Notes under the pieces: generated by a model
Database searches by the model: none
What the model was told of the DNA's origin: nothing
The model's input: only the letters and a program-made list of their open reading frames with translations
Shown: positions 46,128 through 55,814 of the stretch, in pieces
Layout: each line of letters opens with the position of its first letter
How positions within the stretch are numbered: the stretch's first letter is position 1
Translations under genes and position numbers: made by a program
Assembly: GCA_036677445.1 (NCBI GenBank)
Contig: JAVBWI010000027.1
Span: forward strand, 21,453-85,452
From: Clostridia bacterium
Lineage (GTDB): Bacteria > Bacillota > Clostridia > Christensenellales > CAG-138
Direction of reading: 5' to 3'
DNA length: 64,000 nt

Positions 46128-46766
46128 TTATTCCGCCTGCGCCTTATAGTATTCGCAGACCTGCCGCACGCAGCAATCCGCGCATTTGGGCTTGCGCGCA
46201 TCGCACACCCGCCGCCCGTGGAATATCAGCCAATGGTGCGCGTCGCCCCAGTCGGATTCAGGGATAGCGGCCATCAGCTGGCGTTCGGTATGAAGCACAT
46301 CCTTTGCGTTTGCGAACCCGATGCGGTTGGCGACGCGGAACACATGCGTATCCACCGCAATGGCGGGGATATGGAAAGCGTTGCTGACCACCACGTTCGC
46401 CGTCTTTCTCCCCACGCCGGGCAGCTTTACGAGCGCATCGCGGTCGCGCGGAACCTCGCCGCCGTACTGCTCTATAAGAATTTTGCTCGCCGCGATGATG
46501 TTGCGCCCCTTTGTCTGGTACAGCCCGCAGCTTTGTATGTAGGGGAACAGCTCGTCCTCCGACAAAGCGGCGATCTGTTCCGGCGTGTTATACACGGGGA
46601 AAAGCTTTCGGGTGCACTTGTTCACCTGCTTGTCCGTACTCTGGGCGCTGAGCATGGTGGCGACGAGCAGCTCGTATGGAGTCGTATATAAAAGTTCCGG
46701 CCTGGGGTTGGGGTACGCCGCGCTTAAAGCGCTGAGCGCCGTTCGGATGCCCTGTTCATCCAGCAT
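46128..46766 (-). CDS. nth: Endonuclease III
   Basis: LSAQSTD, LPGVGRKTA, AVDTHVFR, CxxxxxxCxxCxxxxxC cluster motif. Confidence 0.97.
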   Translation of the reverse strand: MLDEQGIRTALSALSAAYPNPRPELLYTTPYELLVATMLSAQSTDKQVNKCTRKLFPVYNTPEQIAALSEDELFPYIQSCGLYQTKGRNIIAASKILIEQYGGEVPRDRDALVKLPGVGRKTANVVVSNAFHIPAIAVDTHVFRVANRIGFANAKDVLHTERQLMAAIPESDWGDAHHWLIFHGRRVCDARKPKCADCCVRQVCEYYKAQAE

Positions 46767-46769
46767 GGC

Positions 46770-48128
46770 TTACGTCCTGATCTTTCCTTCATGATTCTTT
46801 TCCAGTATGTGCGCAAGCGATACGGCGTACGCGCTGATTTCATCCTCGTCCCTGCCCTCGAGCATGATGCGTATAAGCGGCTCCGTACCCGAGGCGCGCA
46901 AGAGCACGCGGCCCTCCTCGCCCAATTTCGCTTCCACCTCGCGCACCTGCGCCCACAGCTCTTCATCCCGCATGGCGGGTTCCTTTTGATTTTCCTCTAC
47001 GCGCACATTGACCAGCACCTGCGGATAGATGGGAATCTCGCCTGCAAGCGCGCTCATGCGTTTGCCGCTCAGCTTCAGCACATTCAAAAGCTGTATGGCC
47101 GAAAGCATGCCGTCCCCCGTGGTATGGTGGTCGGTAAATATGATATGGCCGGACTGTTCCCCGCCCAGGTTGACCTTCTTTTCCAGCATGCGCTCGAGCA
47201 CATAGCGGTCGCCGACGGCGGTCTCCTCAATACGGATGCCCGCCTGCTTCATGCGCTGCTTGAGGCCAAGGTTGCTCATGACGGTGATGACCAGCGTATC
47301 CTCCTTGAGCGTTCCGCGCGCGTGCATATCCAGCGCGCAGATGCCCAGGATGCGGTCGCCGTCGATGATGCGGCCGCGCTCGTCGGTGGCGATGAGCCGG
47401 TCGGCGTCGCCGTCAAAGGCGAGCCCCACGTCCGCGCCCAGCTCGCTCACCAGCTGCTGCAGGCGTTCGGGGTGGGTGGACCCGCACTGGTCGTTGATGT
47501 TATAGCCGTCCGGCTCGTCCGAAAAGCTCAACACCTCCGCGCCCAGGCCGCAGAACACTTCGCGCGCGATATCCGACGCCGCGCCGTTGGCGCAGTCGAG
47601 TACGATGCGAAGGCCTTCAAACCGCGTAAGCGCGGTGCCCTGCAAAAATTCGCGGTATTCATCCTTTGCGCGGCGCACGCGTGTGACTCGCCCCACGCCG
47701 CCGCCCACCGGACGGGGCAGCGGGGTGTTCTCGCGCAGGATGGCCTCGATCTGATCCTCCAGCGCGTCGGAAAGCTTGAAGCCCGCGGTATCGAACCATT
47801 TGATTCCGTTGTATTCCATGGAGTTGTGCGAGGCGGAAATGACCACCGCGGCGTCCGCGCCGTACAGGCGCACCAAATACGCCAAAGCGGGCGTCGGCAC
47901 CACGCCCACCTGCACCACGTCGCCGCCGACCGAGCAAATGCCCGCCGCAAGCGCGCAGGAAAGCATATCGCCGGATTTTCTCGTATCCATGCCGACAAGT
48001 ATGCGGGGCGAATGCACCTCGCTTGCAAGCACGAACGCGCCCGCGGCGCCTATACGCATGGCAAGCTCACAGCTCAATGTATCGTTTGCGATACCGCGCA
48101 CCCCGTCGGTGCCAAAAAGTCTGGCCAT
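46770..48128 (-). CDS. glmM: Phosphoglucosamine mutase
   Basis: LFGTDGVRG, ISASHN, DGDADR, GGEQSGH, RASGTEP. Confidence 0.97.
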   Translation of the reverse strand: MARLFGTDGVRGIANDTLSCELAMRIGAAGAFVLASEVHSPRILVGMDTRKSGDMLSCALAAGICSVGGDVVQVGVVPTPALAYLVRLYGADAAVVISASHNSMEYNGIKWFDTAGFKLSDALEDQIEAILRENTPLPRPVGGGVGRVTRVRRAKDEYREFLQGTALTRFEGLRIVLDCANGAASDIAREVFCGLGAEVLSFSDEPDGYNINDQCGSTHPERLQQLVSELGADVGLAFDGDADRLIATDERGRIIDGDRILGICALDMHARGTLKEDTLVITVMSNLGLKQRMKQAGIRIEETAVGDRYVLERMLEKKVNLGGEQSGHIIFTDHHTTGDGMLSAIQLLNVLKLSGKRMSALAGEIPIYPQVLVNVRVEENQKEPAMRDEELWAQVREVEAKLGEEGRVLLRASGTEPLIRIMLEGRDEDEISAYAVSLAHILEKNHEGKIRT

Positions 48129-48226
48129 GAAAATTCTCCTCCGCTTTTACTGTACCGGGTGAAACATGATGCATGTACGGATTTTTGCGGCGCGGGATGC
48201 TCCGGCGCCGGTTCTGGGGTAAGCCG

Positions 48227-49156
48227 CTATTCGTTCACGGCTTCGCGCAGCGTGGACAAATACTCCAGCGCCTGCGTCGCCGCCACCGCGCCGTCGCTTA
48301 CGGCGGTGACGACCTGCCGAAGCGGCGTTTCCCGCGCGTCGCCAGCGGCGTAAACGCCCTTGATGGAAGTGCGCATAAACGGGTCGGTCTGTATATATCC
48401 GCTCGCCGTGAGCGGAAGCTGCCCGCGCACAAGATCGGTTCTTGGTTGAATGCCCACCGCTATGAACACGCCGGATACCGGAATCTGGCGCTGCGCTCCG
48501 GTATCCACATGCCTGAGCCGGATACCCGCAAGCGCGCCCTCGCCCAAAAGCTCCGTGACCACATGATTCCAAACCATCTGTATCTTAGGCTCGGCCAGCA
48601 CCGCCTTTTGCAGCAGCATGCAGCCGCGCAGGGCGTCGCGGCGATGTACCATGTATACGCGGTTGGCAAAACGGGCGAGGTAGAGCGCATCCGAAAGCGC
48701 GGTATCGCCGCCGCCTATCACCGCCACGTCGCGGCCGCGGAAAAACGCGCCGTCGCAGGTGGCGCAGTAGGAGACCCCCGTGCCGGTGAGCGTTTCTTCC
48801 CGCGCAACGCCCAGCTTGCGCGGGCTTGCGCCGGTGCAGAGTATCACGGAGCGCGCCTGCACCCGTTCGGACGCGGTCTGTATATGTTTGACGGGATACA
48901 TCAGATCCAGCTCGCTCACGGGCTCATAGCGTATGGAAAGCCCAAATCTGGACGCCTGCTGCTCCATCCGGAGCCCCAGCTCGCTGCCCGCGATCCCCTC
49001 CGGGAAACCGGGGTAATTATCCATCTGGTGGGTCTTCGCCGCCTGGCCGCCCACAAACACTTCTTCAAAGAGCACCGCCTGCGCGCCGCCGCGCGCGGCA
49101 TACAGCCCCGCTGCAAGGCCGGCAGGCCCTCCGCCGATGATCGCGATATCTATCAT
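48227..49156 (-). CDS. trxB: Thioredoxin reductase
   Basis: GGGPAG, SYCATCDG, GGGDTA, HRRD, AAGD. Confidence 0.95.
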   Translation of the reverse strand: MIDIAIIGGGPAGLAAGLYAARGGAQAVLFEEVFVGGQAAKTHQMDNYPGFPEGIAGSELGLRMEQQASRFGLSIRYEPVSELDLMYPVKHIQTASERVQARSVILCTGASPRKLGVAREETLTGTGVSYCATCDGAFFRGRDVAVIGGGDTALSDALYLARFANRVYMVHRRDALRGCMLLQKAVLAEPKIQMVWNHVVTELLGEGALAGIRLRHVDTGAQRQIPVSGVFIAVGIQPRTDLVRGQLPLTASGYIQTDPFMRTSIKGVYAAGDARETPLRQVVTAVSDGAVAATQALEYLSTLREAVNE

Positions 49157-49224
49157 GTTCCCTCTCCTTTAGCCGCATTCTAAGGTATGTGCTTTCTGCC
49201 TCCGGCAGTACGGCCGGGCGGGGT

Positions 49225-49869
49225 TTACCCGCGCAGGCGTTTGATCATTGCGGCAGGGTCCTCCGCCGAGAACACCGTATTGCCCGCCACCAGCACCGTG
49301 GCGCCCGCGTCGATACAGGCCTTCGCGGTCTCCGGGTTGACGCCGCCGTCGATTTCGATTTCAAGGGGAATGCCCCGCTCCTGCGCCATGGCGCAAAGGG
49401 CGCGGATTTTATGGAGCACCGCGGGCAAAAATTTCTGCCCGCCAAAGCCGGGGTTGACGCTCATCAGCAGCACCATATCACAATATTCCAGCGCGCATTC
49501 GAGCGTGTTTACCGGCGTTGCCGGGTTTAGCGCCAGCCCCGCCTTTTTGCCCGCGTCGCGTATGCGCTGGAGCTGGCGCTGTATGTGCCGTTCCGCCTCG
49601 ACATGGAAGACGATACTATCCGCGCCCGCTTTGACGAATAAGTCGATCCAGTCCGCCGGATGCTCCACCATCAGGTGCACGTCGAGCGGCAGCGCGGTGT
49701 GCGGGCGCAGCGCGGCGCACATCATGGGCCCGAATGTCAGGTTGGGCACGAAGTTACCGTCCATTACGTCGAAATGGATCCAGTCCGCACCGCTTTTTTC
49801 CAGCATTTCCACGGCGGTCCCCATCCGGGCAAAGTCCGCGGACAGTATGGATGGCGCGATTTTAATCAT
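49225..49869 (-). CDS. rpe: Ribulose-phosphate 3-epimerase
   Basis: IAPSILSADF, HFDVMDG, DVHLM, MSVNPGFGGQ, IDGG. Confidence 0.97.
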   Translation of the reverse strand: MIKIAPSILSADFARMGTAVEMLEKSGADWIHFDVMDGNFVPNLTFGPMMCAALRPHTALPLDVHLMVEHPADWIDLFVKAGADSIVFHVEAERHIQRQLQRIRDAGKKAGLALNPATPVNTLECALEYCDMVLLMSVNPGFGGQKFLPAVLHKIRALCAMAQERGIPLEIEIDGGVNPETAKACIDAGATVLVAGNTVFSAEDPAAMIKRLRG

Positions 49870-49919
49870 GAACGTTTCCTCTTTTCCTGCATATCTGTAT
49901 CAGCCAAAACGCCGCACGT

Positions 49920-50804
49920 CTACTTATCGTACAGGTGTTTTCGCATCTGTTCGAACTGCTCCGAAAGCTCTTTATAACGCGCATAACGCCCCGGTGAAAG
50001 CTTTCCTTCATAGAGGAGCGCCTTGACGGCGCAATCCGGCTCGGTTCGATGGGAACAGGCCGCAAAGCGGCAGCGGCCGGGCGCATCGCCAAACTCGCGG
50101 TAAGCGCGATTTAACGCCTCCTGATCCAGCGCGGAAAGCTCCAGGAGCGAAAACCCCGGCGTATCCAGCACCGCGCCGCCGCGGTACGGCCAAAGCTCTG
50201 CGTGGCGCGTGGTGTGGCGGCCGCGGTCCGTACGGCGCGCGAGCCCGCCCACCGGCAGGTGCAGCGCCGGCAGCAGGGCGTTGAGCAGAGAGCTTTTCCC
50301 CACCGCGCTCTGGCCCGCAAAGCAGCTCACCTGCCCGGCAAGCGCATCCGAAAGCCGCTCCACCCCCGCGCCGGTATGCGCGGAGAGTGTCAGCGTACGG
50401 TAGTGCGGCGCGTATTCCGCAGTAATCTCTTCCACCGCCGCCTGTTCCGCTTCGTCGCATTTATTGATGACGATGAGCGGCTCTATCGAAAGGGGCGCCG
50501 CCTGCAGCAGCAGTTTATCGCACAAAAGAAGGTCCGGCTTTGGCGCGGATACCGAAAGCACGATCACGATCTGGTCGATGTTGGCGACCTGCGGGCGCAG
50601 CAGCAGATTTCGGCGTGGCAATATCGCAGCAAGCGCGGCGTGCCCTTCCTGCTGGCGCTCAAATTCCACATGATCGCCGCATACGGGGGATAACCCCTCG
50701 TGCCGGAAGTGCCCGCGCGCCTGGCAGGTGACTTCTTCCCCTTTTTGCGCAAGGACGGTATAGAACCCGCCCACGCCCTTTAGCAGCAAGCCGGTTTCCT
50801 GCAT
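49920..50804 (-). CDS. rsgA: Ribosome small subunit-dependent GTPase A
   Basis: NKCD, GQSAVGKSS, GRHTT, DTPGF, CRFAACSHRTEPDC. Confidence 0.96.
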   Translation of the reverse strand: MQETGLLLKGVGGFYTVLAQKGEEVTCQARGHFRHEGLSPVCGDHVEFERQQEGHAALAAILPRRNLLLRPQVANIDQIVIVLSVSAPKPDLLLCDKLLLQAAPLSIEPLIVINKCDEAEQAAVEEITAEYAPHYRTLTLSAHTGAGVERLSDALAGQVSCFAGQSAVGKSSLLNALLPALHLPVGGLARRTDRGRHTTRHAELWPYRGGAVLDTPGFSLLELSALDQEALNRAYREFGDAPGRCRFAACSHRTEPDCAVKALLYEGKLSPGRYARYKELSEQFEQMRKHLYDK

Positions 50805-50808
50805 GCCT

Positions 50809-52668
50809 TTACCCCAGATACGAGAACGTGACGGCCGTCCTTCGTATCTCCGTGCCGTTCTGGTATAATATCAATTCCTGCTCTCCTCCCTCGCCGATGG
50901 CGGCGGAAATGGAAATCTCCTGCGCGTTGCCCGCCGCAAGCACCGTTTCGTACACCACCTGCTCATAGGCGACGCCGCCTATCTCCAGCGGTACCGTCGC
51001 CATGATCTTCGTATCCGCCTGCGCGATATCCAGCGAGAACACGATATTCGCGGTATATATTTCCGGCCCGATGCCCGATACCGTGAGCCCCACCGTCGAG
51101 GTGCTCGCCGCGCTTTCGCCCTGCGCGGGGTTTTGCTTCTGCACGGTATCCGTCACCGTGTTTTCGGCGGACGGCGCAAGGCGCACGCGGAAGCTGGAAA
51201 ATCCGCGGTCGTGCAGCAGAGACAGCGCTTCTTTAAGCGAAAGCTGCGTGACCTCCGGCATTTCGATGCTGCGGCTGGGTTCGCCGCTGATAAAGAGCTG
51301 CACCTCGTCCCCTTCCAGAAGGGAGGTATCGGCAACGGGATCCTGCTTGAATACGGTGCCCACCGGCGCTTCGGAAATACGGTATTCCACGCCGCCGCGT
51401 TTTAAGCCCGCCTCCAAGAGCGCCTCCTCGGCCTGCGCGAGCGTCATACCCGTCAGATCCGGCGCGAGCGGCATCGCCGCCCCCGCGCTCACCGAAATGG
51501 AAATGACCCCGCCCGCCTTTAACGCCGTGCCTGCCGCGGGCGTCTGCTCGATGACCACGCCGCTTGGGTAGGCGTCGCTCGCGACGGTTTCAATGACTTC
51601 CGTGGTATACGCGCGAAGCTTCGCGGTGCTTTTGGCTTCCTCCAGAGTCTTGCCCACCAGCGTAGGCACAAGATCCGTGCTGGCGTTGGTGCTGCGCTCC
51701 AAGAGCGTCTGCCCCGTTAAAAGCAAAATGCCGAACAAAGCGATCAGCGCCGCCGCCGTAAACGCGATGCGCAATATGCCGCGCCTGCCGGGCTTGCGCT
51801 TTTTCGGTTTTTCCGGCGCCGCCTGCCGCGCGAAATCGCCCGCGGGCTCGCGCAGCACGCGCAAAAGATCCTGCCGCATTTCCTTTGCGCTCCGGTAGCG
51901 AAGCGAGGGCTGCTTGCGCGTCGCCTTCATAATGACGTCGTTGAGCGCGGGCGGCAGCGTGGGGTTGTGCATAATGGGCGGGACAATCTCTTCCTGCAGA
52001 TGCTTGAGCGCGACGGATACGGAGGTTTCCCCCTCAAACGGCAGGCGGCCGGTCACCATCTCATAAAGCGTAATGCCCATGGAATAGATGTCGCTTTCCA
52101 CCGTGACCTGCCTGCCCTTGGCCTGCTCGGGGGAAAGATAATGTACGGAGCCGAGCACGTTTGCGCCCGTAAACGTCACGGTCGTAGACTCCGCGTTGCG
52201 CGCGATGCCGAAATCCGCCAGTTTGGCGCGGCCGCGCGGGTTGACGATAATATTCTGCGGCTTGACGTCCCGGTGGATGATTCCCTTTTCATGCGCGTGA
52301 GAGAGCGCTTCGAGCACCTGCGCGCCCAGATTGATGGCGGAGCGGGGCAGCATCCGTCCCTGGGAGCGGATACGTTCCTTGAGCGTGCAGCCTTCCACAT
52401 ATTCGAGCACGATGTAGGGGACATCCCCCTGCGTACCCACATCGTAGGACCGCACGATGTTTTCGTGCGAAAGCACCAGCACCGCCTGCGCTTCCTGCTC
52501 GAAACGGCGCAGGAAGGCCGCGTCCTTTTCAAACTCGGGCTTTAATACCTTGACGGCCACCGTGCGGTGGGGGGATACAAGCTGCTGGGCTTTGTATACG
52601 TCCGCCATGCCGCCGGAGCCGATTTTTTCTATAACGCGGTACTTGCCGGATAATATTTCCCCGATCAT
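50809..52668 (-). CDS. prkC: PASTA-domain Ser/Thr protein kinase
   Basis: GSGGMADVY, HRDVKPQN, DFGIA, TM then three PASTA-like repeats. Confidence 0.93.
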   Translation of the reverse strand: MIGEILSGKYRVIEKIGSGGMADVYKAQQLVSPHRTVAVKVLKPEFEKDAAFLRRFEQEAQAVLVLSHENIVRSYDVGTQGDVPYIVLEYVEGCTLKERIRSQGRMLPRSAINLGAQVLEALSHAHEKGIIHRDVKPQNIIVNPRGRAKLADFGIARNAESTTVTFTGANVLGSVHYLSPEQAKGRQVTVESDIYSMGITLYEMVTGRLPFEGETSVSVALKHLQEEIVPPIMHNPTLPPALNDVIMKATRKQPSLRYRSAKEMRQDLLRVLREPAGDFARQAAPEKPKKRKPGRRGILRIAFTAAALIALFGILLLTGQTLLERSTNASTDLVPTLVGKTLEEAKSTAKLRAYTTEVIETVASDAYPSGVVIEQTPAAGTALKAGGVISISVSAGAAMPLAPDLTGMTLAQAEEALLEAGLKRGGVEYRISEAPVGTVFKQDPVADTSLLEGDEVQLFISGEPSRSIEMPEVTQLSLKEALSLLHDRGFSSFRVRLAPSAENTVTDTVQKQNPAQGESAASTSTVGLTVSGIGPEIYTANIVFSLDIAQADTKIMATVPLEIGGVAYEQVVYETVLAAGNAQEISISAAIGEGGEQELILYQNGTEIRRTAVTFSYLG

Positions 52669-53405
52669 ACGGCTTCACCTCCCGCATTTTGCGCGAGCAC
52701 AACGGTCACGTTGTCCGTCCCGCCCGCGTCGAGCGCGCGCCGCACCAACCGATCGCAGATTTCCTGCAGCGGCGCCTGCTCGCGCAGGGCTTCTTCTATC
52801 GCCGTATCCGGCAGGCTGCCGTGCAGCCCGTCCGAGCAAAGCAGCAGCATGTCGTTTTCGCCCCAGCGGCGCTGAAAATAATCCGCCTCCTCATTCTCGG
52901 CGGTACCCAGCGCGCGCGTGATGATGTTGCGCTGGGGGTGAACGTACGCTTCGGCGCGGGTAATGGAGCCGTTCGCCACCAACACCGCCACCAGGCTGTG
53001 ATCGTGCGTGACCTGCGTGAGCGTCCACCCGTCAAAATGGTACAGGCGGCTGTCGCCGATGTTGGCGGCGACATATTGGTCGGGGAAAAGCAGCGCCAGC
53101 GTGAGCGTGGTGCCCATGCCGCGGCAGCCCTCCTCGCTTTGCGCGTGGCGGTAAATATCCAGATTGACCTGCCGGATGGCCTGGCGGATGCGCAGCACGG
53201 GGTCCCCGCGCAGCCTGCCGTCCTCATCGCGGCAAAGCGTGGTACAGAGCCCGTCCACCGCAAGCGTGCTCGCACGCTTGCCGGCGGCATGCCCGCCCAT
53301 GCCGTCCGCCACGGCGATAAGCGGCACGCCGCAGCGCCCGGGCAGATAAAGGCTGTCCTCATTGCTCAGCCGACGCCCCACGTGGGTCTGTGCGGCAAAT
53401 ATCAT
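52665..53405 (-). CDS. prpC: PP2C-family Ser/Thr phosphatase
   Basis: NED, VADGMGGH, GMGTT, NIGDSR, CSDGL, GGTDNVT; coupled to the kinase. Confidence 0.93.
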   Translation of the reverse strand: MIFAAQTHVGRRLSNEDSLYLPGRCGVPLIAVADGMGGHAAGKRASTLAVDGLCTTLCRDEDGRLRGDPVLRIRQAIRQVNLDIYRHAQSEEGCRGMGTTLTLALLFPDQYVAANIGDSRLYHFDGWTLTQVTHDHSLVAVLVANGSITRAEAYVHPQRNIITRALGTAENEEADYFQRRWGENDMLLLCSDGLHGSLPDTAIEEALREQAPLQEICDRLVRRALDAGGTDNVTVVLAQNAGGEAV

Positions 53406-54310
53406 GCTTTGCCTCCCTTCGGTTGAAACCGCGCGCGGATATCGTCCGCTTCAGCATTTAGATCCCTGTGGAAACAGCGCACGGTATGTTCCCCGCCGGA
53501 AAACCGGCGCGCCATTTCCTCCGCCGCCCAAACGGAGCGGTGCCGCCCGCCCGTGCAGCCGAACGCCATCATCACGCGCTGCTTGCCCTGCGCCGCAAAG
53601 CCGGGCAGCATTTGCCGGAGCATCTGCTCCGCCGCGTCAAAAAAGGACCGGGCCTTTTGATCCTGAAACAGATACGCGCATACAGGCTCGTCCTGCCCGG
53701 AAAGCGGACGCAGCTGCGGCTCATAAAACGGGTTGGGTAAAAAGCGCATGTCCAGCACCATATCCGCGTCGATGGGCAAACCGCGCTTATAGCCGAAGCT
53801 CATAAACAGCAGCAGCAGATGCGCAAGCGGCTGCAGGGAGAGCGCCTCCTCCAGCCGGGTATAAAAATCGAACGGTTTTAAGTCGCTGGTGTCGACGACG
53901 GCATGCGCGCGTTCGCGCAGGGCCTGCAGCAGCGCGCGTTCGCGCGAGATGCTGCGCGTAATATCCCCGCCGCCTGCAAGCGGATGCCTGCGCCGCGTTT
54001 CGCCGTAGCGGCGCTGGAGCACATCGTCCCGGCAGTCCAGGAAGAGTATGCGGTATTCCACGTCCGATTCGTCCAGCTTCGTGAGCATGCGCTCCCAATC
54101 GATGCCAAACACGCTTTCACGGCTGTCGATGGCGAGCGCCGCGCGGGGCACCGCGGGGGACGCGTTCCTGCATTGTTCCAAAAATGCCGGAAGGAGACCC
54201 GTCGGGAGGTTGTCCACGCAATAATAACCCAGATCCTCCAGCCGCCGCAACGCAAGGGACTTGCCCGCGCCCGAAAGGCCCGTGACGATGAGCAGCGTTA
54301 AATCCGGCAT
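53402..54310 (-). CDS. rapZ: RNase adapter / P-loop protein RapZ (YvcJ)
   Basis: TGLSGAGKS, YCVDNLP, SFGYKRG, DMRFLPNP, GCTGGRHRSV. Confidence 0.95.
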   Translation of the reverse strand: MPDLTLLIVTGLSGAGKSLALRRLEDLGYYCVDNLPTGLLPAFLEQCRNASPAVPRAALAIDSRESVFGIDWERMLTKLDESDVEYRILFLDCRDDVLQRRYGETRRRHPLAGGGDITRSISRERALLQALRERAHAVVDTSDLKPFDFYTRLEEALSLQPLAHLLLLFMSFGYKRGLPIDADMVLDMRFLPNPFYEPQLRPLSGQDEPVCAYLFQDQKARSFFDAAEQMLRQMLPGFAAQGKQRVMMAFGCTGGRHRSVWAAEEMARRFSGGEHTVRCFHRDLNAEADDIRARFQPKGGKA

Positions 54311-54332
54311 GCGGCGTTCTCCTTTCTTTGTC

Positions 54333-54570
54333 TGTCGAAAAAGTGCCTTGTGGCACTTTTTCGAGGATTACAGGAACAACCTGTGCCTGGGGTGACGGCG
54401 ACGGCCCGCAGGCCTAGTGTCCGAGGCGTCTCCCATCGAGGACCGGTTGTTCCTGAAAGGAAAGCCTTGCGCTGCAAGGCTTTCCGCCGCCACCGCACAT
54501 GTCGCTCTTCGGCGGCTGGAAACCTGCGGGAACTGCGGTCCCCGAATCCCCAAGGGGCTTATTGACGACA
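54333..54570. repeat. Family A repeat, copy 4 (inside the murB-rapZ intergenic region)
   Basis: Shares long identical blocks with copy 2 (e.g. GACGGCGACGGCCCGCAGGCCTAGTGTCCGAGGCGTCTCCC). Confidence 0.92.
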
Positions 54571-54607
54571 AACTCTTTTGGACTTTGTCGATGGGTTTAC
54601 TAAAGCG

Positions 54608-55513
54608 TTATTGGGCGTCCTCGCCCCACATTTTCGGCTCGCAGGCAAGCTCCACGCCGGAATGCGCGAATACCTTTTCCTTTACGTACGCAATCAGCCT
54701 GAGCACATCGTCCGCCGTGGCGTCCCCGTTGTTTACGATGAATCCCGCGTGCAGGGTGCTTACTTGCGCACCGCCCACGCGCGCGCCCTTGAGCCCGGCG
54801 CCCTCTATGAGCGCCCCGGCGTAACAGCCGGGCGGACGCTTGAATATACTGCCGGCGCTGGGGTAGTTAAGCGGCTGCTTTTCCCGCCGCCTGGCCATGT
54901 AATCCGCCTGGCGTTGTTTTGCGCCCCCGTCATCCGGCGAAAGCGCAAGCGTGGCGGCGAGCACGACGCGTTCGGGCGCGCAGTAGACGCTTGTACGGTA
55001 GCCAAGCTCTCCTTCCTGCACTTCGCGGTCGTATATGCGACCGTTTTCCAGTACGCGGACGCTGCGCAGCACCTGTTTCATCTCCCCGCCGTATGCGCCC
55101 GCGTTCATGGCGCATGCGCCGCCGAGCGTGCCCGGGATGCCGCAGGCCCATTCAAGCCCCTGCAGATTGCGTGAAAGCGCCTCCTGCGAGAGAGCGGTAA
55201 GCGTGATCCCCGCGCCTGCCGTTAGCAGATTTCTCTGTTCTTCGATGGAAGCCATAGCGGGGCCGATGACGATGACCAGCCCGCGAATTCCGCCGTCGCG
55301 CACGATCAGGTTGGAACCGTTGCCCATTATATAATACGGTATTTGCAGCGCGTCGCACGCGGCGACGGCGCGGCGTATTTCCCCGCCGTCTTGCGCATGC
55401 AGCACCGCATCCGCGGGGCCGCCCAGCCGGAACGTCGTCAGCGTACGCATAGGCACGCCGCGCTGTATATGCATATCCGTAAGTTGGCTTAACAGCGCAT
55501 CCATACGCTCCAA
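54608..55513 (-). CDS. murB: UDP-N-acetylmuramate dehydrogenase (start TTG 55513 or ATG 55504)
   Basis: TFRLGGPAD, GNGSNL, GIPGTLGG..MNAGAYG, PSAGSIFKRP, HAGFIVN, LACEP. Confidence 0.96.
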   Translation of the reverse strand: MERMDALLSQLTDMHIQRGVPMRTLTTFRLGGPADAVLHAQDGGEIRRAVAACDALQIPYYIMGNGSNLIVRDGGIRGLVIVIGPAMASIEEQRNLLTAGAGITLTALSQEALSRNLQGLEWACGIPGTLGGACAMNAGAYGGEMKQVLRSVRVLENGRIYDREVQEGELGYRTSVYCAPERVVLAATLALSPDDGGAKQRQADYMARRREKQPLNYPSAGSIFKRPPGCYAGALIEGAGLKGARVGGAQVSTLHAGFIVNNGDATADDVLRLIAYVKEKVFAHSGVELACEPKMWGEDAQ

Positions 55514-55692
55514 GGCCGCACTTCCTTTCCCAATAAAAAACTGCATTCGTCTTTCTATTGTAGCGCACTCGCAGGCTTTGTGCAACGCCGCAGCAGGCGC
55601 GAAGCCTGGTATGTAGTGCGATGTATGTCAAATCCTGCTTACTTCATTCAAAAATGCAGCGCTGCATTTTCACAGGACGCCTCTGACAAGCC

Positions 55693-55710
55693 TTAAGGTT
55701 AATTTAAGGT
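55693..55710 (+). promoter_or_regulatory. Tandem direct repeat, candidate OmpR-family binding site
   Basis: TTAAGGT-N4-TTAAGGT (11 bp period) about 105 bp upstream of the flavoprotein gene. Confidence 0.55.
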
Positions 55711-55814
55711 AAATTTTTAACAAACTGTTATAGAATCAAGACAGCAAAGCGGCGCATCGTATATATGCCGCACATGGTACGCCGTTTAGTATATGCAGCA
55801 TAGGAGGAAAGAGA

